37,325 nt of DNA from Orrella sp. (GTDB lineage: Bacteria > Pseudomonadota > Gammaproteobacteria > Burkholderiales > Burkholderiaceae_B): positions 1 through 37,325 of the forward strand of contig JAWOGG010000191.1 of NCBI GenBank assembly GCA_046497085.1, written 5' to 3'. The position numbers were made by a program, and so were the translations under genes. Below the pieces are notes generated by a model. That model saw only the letters and a program-made list of their open reading frames with translations, did no database searches and was not told where the DNA came from. Below, one piece after another: positions 1 to 8,119 of this stretch (its first letter is position 1; each line of letters opens with the position of its first letter).

Positions 1-1529
1 ACCGCGGCGTGTGAGTCAGAGGAAGATTGTTGCGCCTTGCTCTTGATATTGGGCAATAGCTTGACACCTAGGTAAGGCGTGAAGGTGACCGCCACAAACC
101 ACGACACAAGCAGGGCGTAAGCCAATACCCAAAAAATACCGCCGGCATATTCGCCCACAGCAGAGCGCGCAAAGCCGATAGGCACAAACCCAGCCACAGT
201 CACCAAGGTACCAAACAGCATGGGTGCCGCTGTGACCTGCCACGCATGGCTAGCGGCTCGTACGCGATCCCAGCCTTGCTCCATTTTGACGATCATCATT
301 TCGATGGCAATGATGGCGTCATCAACCAAAAGACCCAATGCAATGATCAAAGCACCTAATGAGATGCGATCCAAGTTCATCCCAGTCAGAAGCATCAGTA
401 CAAAGGTCAACCCTAAGGTGAGTGGAATCGACAAGCCAACGATCAAACCCGCTCGCCAACCAATGGCCACGACACTGACGGCGACCACCACCGCCATGGC
501 GACTAGAAATTTGATTTGGAAAAGGTCCACTGCCTGCTCAATCGCATCGGCTTGATTGGTCAGCTGAGTAAGCGTCATGCCTAGTGGCAGTTGTTTGGTT
601 TCGTCATCCAAAAACGCCGCTAACCTTTCGCCAAGTGCCAGGCCGTCCTCGCCATCGGTCATGACCACGCCCAACAACACGCTGTCTTGACCGCCAGCTC
701 GAATCATGTAAGTTGGCGGTTCTTGGTAGCCGCGTTCTACTGTGGCAATGTCGGCGAGCCGGATAAGGCGGTCATTGACACGCAACGGAATGTTGGCCAA
801 AGCTTGAAGATCGGACAGGTCGGAGTCGACGCGGACGTAGACGCGTGCACCCTGAGTTTCGATTTGTCCGGCCGCCACCAATTGATTGTTTGCATTGATG
901 GCTGCCAAGACAGCGGTGGCTGATAAGCCAAGATTGGCTAGTTTGGCCGAGTCAAAATTGACATGTATGCGTTGTGGACGCTCACCTAGCAAGAATACCT
1001 TTTGGACGCCGTCTACACGCTGTAAGCGATCTCTGATCCCGTCGGCGTCTTTGACCAATTCCGATAGCGGTAAACCGGGCGCGGTTAGGGCGATCATAGA
1101 GAAGTAGACGTCTGAAAAGTCGTCATTGACTATCGGACCAATCACTCCTGTTGGTAAGCTTGGCGCTTCATCAAGCATGCGTTTTCTGACTTCATAAAAG
1201 AGGTCTGGAACGATCTCGCTCGGTGAGAAGTCTTCAAATTCGACCATCATGTCGGCGCGTCCGGGTCGAATCGTGGTCTCTAACTTAAGAAAGTAATCGA
1301 CCTCTTGGATGCGTTTTTCTAGTCGGTCAACGACTTGAGTCTGCATCTCTTGGGGAGTGGCCCCTGGCCATAACACTGACACCACCATCACCCTGACCGT
1401 GAAAGGCGGGTCTTCAGCGCGTCCTAGCGAGTTGAAAGCGTACAAGCCAGCAATGATCGAGAGAATCAAAAAAAACAGGGTGACCGACCGTTCCCGAACG
1501 GCCAAGGCCGACAGATTCGGAAAACTCAT
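1..1529 (-). CDS. RND efflux transporter permease subunit (AcrB/AcrD/AcrF family), N-terminal part; runs off the left edge
   Basis: Not in the ORF track because no stop falls in the window. Read manually from the ATG at 1529: MSFPNLSALAVRERSVTLFFLILSIIAGLYAFNSLGRAEDPPF...; TM4 motif ISLGALIIALGLLVDDAIIAIE; ATGA overlap with the adaptor stop codon. Confidence 0.93.
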   Translation of the reverse strand, partial: MSFPNLSALAVRERSVTLFFLILSIIAGLYAFNSLGRAEDPPFTVRVMVVSVLWPGATPQEMQTQVVDRLEKRIQEVDYFLKLETTIRPGRADMMVEFEDFSPSEIVPDLFYEVRKRMLDEAPSLPTGVIGPIVNDDFSDVYFSMIALTAPGLPLSELVKDADGIRDRLQRVDGVQKVFLLGERPQRIHVNFDSAKLANLGLSATAVLAAINANNQLVAAGQIETQGARVYVRVDSDLSDLQALANIPLRVNDRLIRLADIATVERGYQEPPTYMIRAGGQDSVLLGVVMTDGEDGLALGERLAAFLDDETKQLPLGMTLTQLTNQADAIEQAVDLFQIKFLVAMAVVVAVSVVAIGWRAGLIVGLSIPLTLGLTFVLMLLTGMNLDRISLGALIIALGLLVDDAIIAIEMMIVKMEQGWDRVRAASHAWQVTAAPMLFGTLVTVAGFVPIGFARSAVGEYAGGIFWVLAYALLVSWFVAVTFTPYLGVKLLPNIKSKAQQSSSDSHAA

Positions 1530-2614
1530 GGTGCTAGACCCAAGGGCTGTACTGTGACGGCCATGTCAGGCTGAAGTAAATGGGTTCCCATGGCTATGAC
1601 CGGTGAACCTGGCTTTAAGGTCGATTGAATCTGCGCTGTCTCGGTTGACAATGACAGCACTTGCACTGGCACCGGCTGCGCTCGACCCTCTACCACCACC
1701 CAGACTTGTGGACCTTGGCCGCGTTCATCAAGAGCCCCTAAAGGGATTCGCACCACGTTCTCTCCGGGCTGTCCGGTAGTAATGGTCAGTTGCGCAATCG
1801 ACCCGAGTGGCATGTCGAAATTTTGCCCCAATAAGCTGTAGCGGGCTCTTATTGTTCGCGAGGCTCGGTCAGCGGCGCCCGCGACTTCTCGCAGACTGGC
1901 TTGCCACAGTTGGGTGCCGCTGGTGACAATGCCGCTTGCCGGTGCTTTGACGCCTTGTGGCAAAAACACCTCAATGTCGACTGGACCCGCATGGGCAAAC
2001 TGTGCCACCGCTTGGCCCGGTGTGACAACTTGACCAATCTCGGCCAGCGTTTCAGTCACGATGCCATCATCTGGTGCCTTTAAAGTCGCGTAAGTCAATG
2101 CATTTTCGGCTTGTTGCTCGCGTGACAGGGCCGCATCTAGTCGCGTTTGACTCTCTTGCGTCTGCAAGATGACTCGGTCTAATGCTTGCTGGCTGATGAA
2201 GCCAGATTTTGCGAGGCGTTGGCTTCTTTTGAGTTCATCTTGCGAGGTTTTGAGAGCAGAGGTGGCTGCAGTTACCTCTGCCTTTGCCAACGCCAGCGCT
2301 TGGTTTAAGTCTCGAGTGTCCAGCGTGATGAGTGTTTGGCCCTTGGTGACCTGATCCCCCGCATGAATTAGCCGTTGATCAATGCGACCGCCAACTTGGA
2401 AAGACAGTGGGTTCTGTCGAGCAGCCTGTATCGTGCCCGAGAGCACCAACTGGGGGTCAATGGCCGTCTCGGCAGGGAGTGTTTTAACGATCGAAGGTTG
2501 CTCTTGGACTTGGTCGCCATCGGTTGCATCGCTGCAGGCTGATAAGACAAAGCCGAAAGCGAGCGGCAATAACAAGCGCCGAAATGAAACGGAAGTCAAC
2601 ATAGCATGTGGCAT
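1526..2614 (-). CDS. RND efflux periplasmic adaptor (membrane fusion protein), lipoprotein
   Basis: 362 aa; lipobox VLSAC; lipoyl-like halves LSFQVGGRI...GDQVTKGQ and LKAPDDGIV...GQVVTPGQ flanking an alpha-hairpin; translationally coupled to the permease. Confidence 0.92.
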   Translation of the reverse strand: MPHAMLTSVSFRRLLLPLAFGFVLSACSDATDGDQVQEQPSIVKTLPAETAIDPQLVLSGTIQAARQNPLSFQVGGRIDQRLIHAGDQVTKGQTLITLDTRDLNQALALAKAEVTAATSALKTSQDELKRSQRLAKSGFISQQALDRVILQTQESQTRLDAALSREQQAENALTYATLKAPDDGIVTETLAEIGQVVTPGQAVAQFAHAGPVDIEVFLPQGVKAPASGIVTSGTQLWQASLREVAGAADRASRTIRARYSLLGQNFDMPLGSIAQLTITTGQPGENVVRIPLGALDERGQGPQVWVVVEGRAQPVPVQVLSLSTETAQIQSTLKPGSPVIAMGTHLLQPDMAVTVQPLGLAP

Positions 2615-2773
2615 CTGAAATAAACGAATGAAATTGATTAGAACAGAGACAGCAACAAAAGTGTTTGAAGAAATAATGCTGTCGCACAGGTTTAAAGTAT
2701 TTGTTGGATGCGATGTAACGAACCGATTGGCGGGGTTACGTTGGATGACTAAAAGCGATGTTGGAGGCTAAAA

Positions 2774-3826
2774 ATGAAAGTAGTGGTCATACCAGGTGAT
2801 GGTATCGGACCTGAAACTGTCCGTGTGGCAGTGATGGTTTTAGAGCGGGCAGCCGAGCGCAGTGGCGCAAAACTGAATTTAATCCATGAGATCGCTGGTC
2901 ATGACAGCTTGCATAAACATGGCACTACGATACAACCTGAATTGGTAGGAACAATCGAAGGCGCTGATGCCATGATCATGGGTCCCATGACCACGCACGA
3001 TTTACGCCATGATAGCAAGGGGCAAATCAACCCTTCGCGCTTTTTTAGACAGCACTTCGATCTTTACGCCAATATTCGTCCAGCGCGCACCTTCGATGGG
3101 GCGCCTATTCGAATCAAACCGTTTGACTTGGTAGTCGTTCGTGAAAACACTGAGGGGTTTTATGCCGATCGAAACATGGTCTCGGGTGGCAGTGAATTGC
3201 AAGTTACCGATGATGTCGTGGTATCGCTGCGGCGGATCACGCGCAGCTGTTGTGAGCGTATTGCTAAGCGAGCATTTGTACTCGCGATGACTCGTCGCAA
3301 GAAAGTGACTATCGTTCACAAAGCCAATGTTTTGCAGCTCGGCGATGGGATGTTTGTCCGGACCTGTGAAGCAGTGGCAAAAGAGTTTCCGGAAGTTACT
3401 GTGGATACAGTCCTTATTGATGCCATGATGGCTTTGGCTGTTAGACAGCCTGAGCATTTTGATGTGATTGTGACCACGAACATGTTCGGTGATATTTTGT
3501 CGGACTTAACGGCCGAGTTAGCGGGTAGTTTGGGCATGGCTGCCTCTCTTAATGCAGCCGATGATTTTGCGATGGCTCAAGCCGCACACGGCTCAGCACC
3601 TGACATTGCTGGAAAGAACATCGCCAATCCTTTGAGTCAAGTTTGGTCATCTGCCATGTTGTTAAGCTGGTACTCGACACATACGGGCAAGCCCGAATAT
3701 GCTGAGGCAGCCCAGCGGATTGAAACCGCGATGGCAGAACTGATTCGTGATGGTAGTGTAACGCGTGACATGGCGGGTTCGCTGGGAACAGAGGCAGTCG
3801 GCCAAGCGTTATTGGAAAAGTTGTGA
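2774..3826 (+). CDS. Isocitrate/isopropylmalate/tartrate dehydrogenase family protein (beta-hydroxyacid oxidative decarboxylase), substrate unknown
   Basis: Motifs IPGDGIGPE, LYANIRP, RENTEGFY, HKANV, NMFGDILSD, HGSAPDIAGK; GGAGG RBS upstream. Not in a leu operon context. Confidence 0.9.
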   Translation: MKVVVIPGDGIGPETVRVAVMVLERAAERSGAKLNLIHEIAGHDSLHKHGTTIQPELVGTIEGADAMIMGPMTTHDLRHDSKGQINPSRFFRQHFDLYANIRPARTFDGAPIRIKPFDLVVVRENTEGFYADRNMVSGGSELQVTDDVVVSLRRITRSCCERIAKRAFVLAMTRRKKVTIVHKANVLQLGDGMFVRTCEAVAKEFPEVTVDTVLIDAMMALAVRQPEHFDVIVTTNMFGDILSDLTAELAGSLGMAASLNAADDFAMAQAAHGSAPDIAGKNIANPLSQVWSSAMLLSWYSTHTGKPEYAEAAQRIETAMAELIRDGSVTRDMAGSLGTEAVGQALLEKL

Positions 3827-3844
3827 GCCAAGTAAAGGATACCG

Positions 3845-4825
3845 ATGGTCATTGAACAAGTTGCGGTGGTGGGTGCTGGACTGGCGGGGTTGACGTGTGC
3901 GCGAGAGCTTCAGACGCAAGGCGTGGGTGTTACCGTCTTTGAAAAGTCACGTGGTGTTGGCGGACGTCTGTCGACACGCCGTGTCGATTGGGCATCGTTT
4001 GATCATGGCACTCAGTACTTCACAGCAAGAGACCCATTGTTTCAAGCATGGATAGAGTATTTGTTAGCCATTGGCACAGTTGCCCAATGGGCGCCTGTCA
4101 TGCGTCAAGCACCCGATAACAAAGATCCTTGGTATGTGGCGTGCCCTGACATGAACAGTTTGGGTCGAGCGCAAGCCGAGGGACTAGATGTGGTGGTGAA
4201 CACCCGGGTGATGTCTTTTGAGCGGTCAGATGACCAATGGCAATTGGTTATGGAAGACGGCAGCAAAAGCAATCGGTTTGATGCCGTGGTCGTGGCCGTA
4301 CCCAATGAACAAGCGGCCCCCATGGTAGAGCCGCTTCAACCCGATTGGGCCCAACAGTTAACCGCCACGCCGCTTCAACCTTGTTGGACCTTGATGTTAA
4401 GCACTGCTCCCATGGATGTGGCCTATGAAGCGGGTCAGCCAGACACTGGTCCAATTGGCTGGTGGGCACGCAATGACAGTAAGCCGGGTAGGTCAACGCG
4501 CGGTGGCCAACAAGACTGGGTTGTTCAAGCCACGCCTAGTTGGACTGAGCAACATTTGGACGACGATAAGGCTTCAGTTGTCAGTCAGTTGCAGCAAGCA
4601 TTTTTGGAAGAAATTGGCGTCCAAGCGTGCAGGGTGATTGAGACAGCCATGGCACACCGTTGGTTGTATGCCCGTCGTACGTCTGGTTTGCCAGCGACTG
4701 AGCCAAGTTGGTGGTCAGACGCGATAAGGTTAGGTGTGTGTGGCGATGGCCTCACGCATAGTCGTGTCGAGCAGGCGTACCTCAGTGGCTATGACATGGC
4801 ACGGCAAATTCAAAGAACAGTGTAA
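3845..4825 (+). CDS. Renalase-like NAD(P)/FAD-dependent oxidoreductase
   Basis: GAGLAG dinucleotide-binding motif, EKSRGVGGRLSTRR, FDHGTQYFTAR, HRWLYAR and C-terminal CGD, all typical of the bacterial renalase family. Confidence 0.82.
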   Translation: MVIEQVAVVGAGLAGLTCARELQTQGVGVTVFEKSRGVGGRLSTRRVDWASFDHGTQYFTARDPLFQAWIEYLLAIGTVAQWAPVMRQAPDNKDPWYVACPDMNSLGRAQAEGLDVVVNTRVMSFERSDDQWQLVMEDGSKSNRFDAVVVAVPNEQAAPMVEPLQPDWAQQLTATPLQPCWTLMLSTAPMDVAYEAGQPDTGPIGWWARNDSKPGRSTRGGQQDWVVQATPSWTEQHLDDDKASVVSQLQQAFLEEIGVQACRVIETAMAHRWLYARRTSGLPATEPSWWSDAIRLGVCGDGLTHSRVEQAYLSGYDMARQIQRTV

Positions 4826-4834
4826 GGAAAAGCG

Positions 4835-5785
4835 ATGACCAATCACAGCAGACAAACATTTGATGCCAATGCCCGTGGTGTTTATCTAATCACGGTCACA
4901 CCATTTACCGAGAATGGCGAGCTAGACCTAGAGAGCACGGACAGGCTGGTTGATTTCTATTTGGAGCAAGGCGTCGATGGGTTGACCGTGCTCGGTATCT
5001 TAGGTGAAGCCCCCAAGTTAACGGCTCATGAGTCTTCGCAATATGTTGAACGCGTTTTGTCTAGAGTCAACGGGGCGGTGCCAGTGGTAGTGGGTGCATC
5101 GTCGGCTGGATTTGCTGCGATGGGCGAATTGACCAAGCGTGTCATGGACATGGGTGCGGCCGGGGTGATGGTTGCTCCTGCACCTCATGTGCGAAGTGAT
5201 GACCAAATCCGCCAGTATTTCAATATGGTCAATGAAACCCTTGGCCCAGATGTGCCATGGGTTCTGCAAGATCACCCCAATTCAACGGGTGTCCAAATGT
5301 CCTCGTCGGTGGTGATGCAAGTCATCGCGCAATCGCCACGTTGCGTCATGCTCAAGCACGAAGATTGTCCAGGACTCGGTAAGTTGTCAGCCATCAGGGA
5401 CGCGCAAAAGCAACAAACGCTCAGGCACATTTCTATTTTGACGGGCAATGGCGGGGGTTTGTTTTTGCCCGAAGAACTTGAACGCGGTGCCGACGGGGCA
5501 ATGACGGGATTTGCCTTCCCTGAAATGATGCGGCAAGTTTGCCAAGCGCACGCCGCGGGCGATGTCGAGCGCGCCTTCGATGTGTTTGATGCGTACTTGC
5601 CCTTTGCGCGCTATGAGCAGCAAGCCGGAATCGGCTTAGCGGTTAGAAAGTACGTCTTGGCCAAACGTGGAGCGATTGCCTGCGCAGCCGTTCGTCGGCC
5701 GGGACCGAGTTTGTCAGCGCAAGATATCGCCGACATTGAACGTTTAATCGAGCGTCAAGAACGCCGGCTTAGTCAATTGGCCTGA
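4835..5785 (+). CDS. DHDPS/N-acetylneuraminate lyase superfamily protein (not DapA)
   Basis: TPF...G.LD, GILGE (cf. GTTGE), Schiff-base Lys in MLKHED, GADGAMTG. Confidence 0.88.
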   Translation: MTNHSRQTFDANARGVYLITVTPFTENGELDLESTDRLVDFYLEQGVDGLTVLGILGEAPKLTAHESSQYVERVLSRVNGAVPVVVGASSAGFAAMGELTKRVMDMGAAGVMVAPAPHVRSDDQIRQYFNMVNETLGPDVPWVLQDHPNSTGVQMSSSVVMQVIAQSPRCVMLKHEDCPGLGKLSAIRDAQKQQTLRHISILTGNGGGLFLPEELERGADGAMTGFAFPEMMRQVCQAHAAGDVERAFDVFDAYLPFARYEQQAGIGLAVRKYVLAKRGAIACAAVRRPGPSLSAQDIADIERLIERQERRLSQLA

Positions 5786-5798
5786 CAGGAGCGCCTTT

Positions 5799-6533
5799 GT
5801 GAACACCTCTAGTGATGTGACGACAACAGACATGGCCTTGGCGCCGACAACCATTGCTGCTTTGCAAGGTGTCGCCACGGCAACCATCACCACTATTTTG
5901 CTGAAAAAAGGTTTGCGTAACGTTTGGTTGCGTGGCACCCGGCCTATCCGCTCTGGGCAGCCGCGGTTGGTTGGTCGGGCTTTTACGCTGCGGTTTGTGC
6001 CTGCACGTGAAGACCTAGCCACGCCCGCTTCATGGACCTCACCGACATCAACCCGAGGTGCGATTGAGGCCATGCCAGCGGGTTGTATCGCCGTGGTTGA
6101 TTCAATGGGGGTGACAGACGCCGGCATTTTTGGTGACATTTTGTGTGCACGCATGGCTAAGCGAGATGTGGCGGCATTGGTCACCGATGGGGTGGTGCGT
6201 GACTTGTCAGGCGTTTTGCAGACCGGTTTACCGGTTTGGTGTAACGGTGCGGCGGCGCCACCTTCGGTGGCGGGCCTGACATTTGTTGACTGGCAGCAAC
6301 CCATCGGTTGCGGTGGGGTGGCCGTCTTTCCGGGGGATGTGATCGTGACCGACGATGACGGCGCCGTGGTCATTCCTGCCGCGTTGCTCGACGAGGTGGT
6401 TGACCAGGCGCTTGAGCAAGAAAGGCTTGAGGCCTGGATCATGACTAAGGTTGAAGCCGGCGAGGCGTTACCTGGGCTGTACCCGCCCAACGAAGCCAAT
6501 GTGGCTCGCTATCAAAAGGAACGGACCAAATAA
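5799..6533 (+). CDS. RraA-like / HMG (4-hydroxy-4-methyl-2-oxoglutarate) aldolase family protein
   Basis: LVGRAFT, GIFGDIL, DGVVRD, GGVAVFPGDVIVTDDDGAVVIP; AGGAG at 5787-5791 before the GTG start. Confidence 0.87.
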   Translation: MNTSSDVTTTDMALAPTTIAALQGVATATITTILLKKGLRNVWLRGTRPIRSGQPRLVGRAFTLRFVPAREDLATPASWTSPTSTRGAIEAMPAGCIAVVDSMGVTDAGIFGDILCARMAKRDVAALVTDGVVRDLSGVLQTGLPVWCNGAAAPPSVAGLTFVDWQQPIGCGGVAVFPGDVIVTDDDGAVVIPAALLDEVVDQALEQERLEAWIMTKVEAGEALPGLYPPNEANVARYQKERTK

Positions 6534-6553
6534 TCCGTTCATTCAAAGTAAGT

Positions 6554-7285
6554 TCAGGACGGGGTTTGGATTTTAAAGGTGCGATAACTCAAGGCGCGCG
6601 AGCCTTCGGCTTCATAAATGCGCAGGGTGGCGCGAGACGCTTTAAAGCGATCTGGAAAGGTTAGTTCGCCTTGCAGTTGTTGATAGTGACCCACCGAAAA
6701 GGGTTCGACCAGGGCTTTGATGGCGCCTGATTTGCCATTTGGGTAGCGGCCTTCAAATGTCACTTCAATGCGCCCGTCATACGTCGGCTGTTGATCATCC
6801 TCTTGAACAATGAGGATTCGATACGCTAGGCTGTCGCTGTCGGGCGCTTGTTCGAAGCTAGCCCCAGAAATGCCAACAGGATCAAAGGTCACGTCACTTG
6901 TGATGGCGTTTAAAAACATATCAATTTCTTCGCGCATTGGCTCAACGCGTGCCTGCAGTGCGGAGAGCTCTGCTCGCATTTCACTGACTGACTGCTCGGC
7001 TTGGTTTTCTATGTTTTTGAGGCGGTTTTCTAATGTGGTGACGTCGGATTGGAGTTGTTGGCGCTCGAGTGTGACCGAAGCCAGCTGATCAGTCAGTTGT
7101 TGTGATTCAAGCATGGATAAGCGCTTCGGGCCATAGCTCGCTTGCAGAATAAGCACACCACCGCCGCCAATCAGGATGCCAAGTACCAACAATATGAACC
7201 ACCGTGGCAGGCCTTTTGACCTGCGGCGTGTGTCATATGGTGATGGCTTAAAAACCTGACGACGTGATCCTCCAAACATACCCAT
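6554..7285 (-). CDS. Hypothetical membrane-anchored coiled-coil protein (DUF6776-like)
   Basis: Basic N-terminus, one hydrophobic segment (WFILLVLGILIGGGGVLIL), heptad-rich Q/L/E coiled coil, C-terminal beta-rich domain; AGGA-like RBS upstream. The family assignment is from recall only. Confidence 0.7.
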   Translation of the reverse strand: MGMFGGSRRQVFKPSPYDTRRRSKGLPRWFILLVLGILIGGGGVLILQASYGPKRLSMLESQQLTDQLASVTLERQQLQSDVTTLENRLKNIENQAEQSVSEMRAELSALQARVEPMREEIDMFLNAITSDVTFDPVGISGASFEQAPDSDSLAYRILIVQEDDQQPTYDGRIEVTFEGRYPNGKSGAIKALVEPFSVGHYQQLQGELTFPDRFKASRATLRIYEAEGSRALSYRTFKIQTPS

Positions 7286-7336
7286 GCAGTAACTTTCCTT
7301 TTGTATCGCAAAAAATCTAAGCGTTATGACAACTTT

Positions 7337-7358
7337 ATTAACAACATTAACAACATTA
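7337..7358. repeat. Tandem 9-bp direct repeat (ATTAACAAC)x2 + ATTA
   Basis: ATTAACAAC at 7337-7345 and 7346-7354, partial copy from 7355; degenerate ATGACAAC at 7326-7333. Confidence 0.8.
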
Positions 7359-7429
7359 CGTAGAGTAACGCCAACCCAAGAAAGGCGTCAGCGCCTAGCA
7401 ACACCTGGTTGCAAATTTGTTCTAGGCCG

Positions 7430-8119
7430 CTAGGGGCTCAATTGTTTATCCAACTGATCCAAGCGTTCTGGTGTGCCGATATCCATCCATTGCCCGCGAT
7501 GGACCTCGCCCGTGATCAAACCCTTGGTCATTGCCTGCTTAAGTATGGGGCCTAATGGGGTAGGTTCTTGTGTACCTATGGCTTTAAATAAATCGGGATG
7601 ATAGATGCCTAGACCGGAGTAGGTGAGGCGAGCATTTCCCGCTTCGCTTAGCTTGCCGCCTTCATCGATGGCAAAGTCACCTTCCGGATGATGTGTTGGG
7701 TTAGGCACCAGAACCAAATGAGCCAGTGATGTCGTGGCGCTAAGGGGCGGCCTTAAGGCATCTGCCGATGCGTTTTCAACGGGCCAATCACACCATGTGT
7801 CTCCGTTAATTACCAGAAAGGGGGCTTGACCAAGCAAAGACAGGGCGTTGGCAATGCCACCGGCCGTCTCGAGTGCTATGGGCTCTGGTGAGTAGCGAAT
7901 CGACACCCCCCATTGGCTGCCATCGCCAAGGGTGCTTTCTATCTTTTTACCGAGCCAAGCGTGGTTGATGACTATATCCCGTAGGCCGGCCTTGGCCAGT
8001 CGTTTGATGTGCCAGACTATCAAAGGCTGTCCACCGACGGTTAGCAATGGTTTTGGGGTATGGTCAGTCAGGGGTCGCATGCGTTGGCCTCGACCGGCTG
8101 CCAGAATCATTGTCTTCAT
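7430..8119 (-). CDS. murU: N-acetylmuramate alpha-1-phosphate uridylyltransferase
   Basis: ILAAGRGQRMRPLTDHTPKPLL, LETAGGI, INGD, WMDIGTPERL; directly downstream of amgK with 1-nt overlap. Confidence 0.9.
   Translation of the reverse strand: MKTMILAAGRGQRMRPLTDHTPKPLLTVGGQPLIVWHIKRLAKAGLRDIVINHAWLGKKIESTLGDGSQWGVSIRYSPEPIALETAGGIANALSLLGQAPFLVINGDTWCDWPVENASADALRPPLSATTSLAHLVLVPNPTHHPEGDFAIDEGGKLSEAGNARLTYSGLGIYHPDLFKAIGTQEPTPLGPILKQAMTKGLITGEVHRGQWMDIGTPERLDQLDKQLSP

Noticed and set aside
16-1557. Several short ORFs in the track at the left edge
   Set aside because: All are explained by the uncalled minus-strand RND permease frame that is open from 1529 to the edge.
2774-3826. Calling the dehydrogenase leuB or icd
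   Set aside because: The substrate-specificity region differs and there is no leuCD/asd context, so only a family-level call is supported.
5744-6499. 251-aa antisense ORF over the RraA-like gene
   Set aside because: Ser/Thr/Ala/Pro-rich shadow frame with no recognisable motif; the sense gene has clear family motifs and an RBS.
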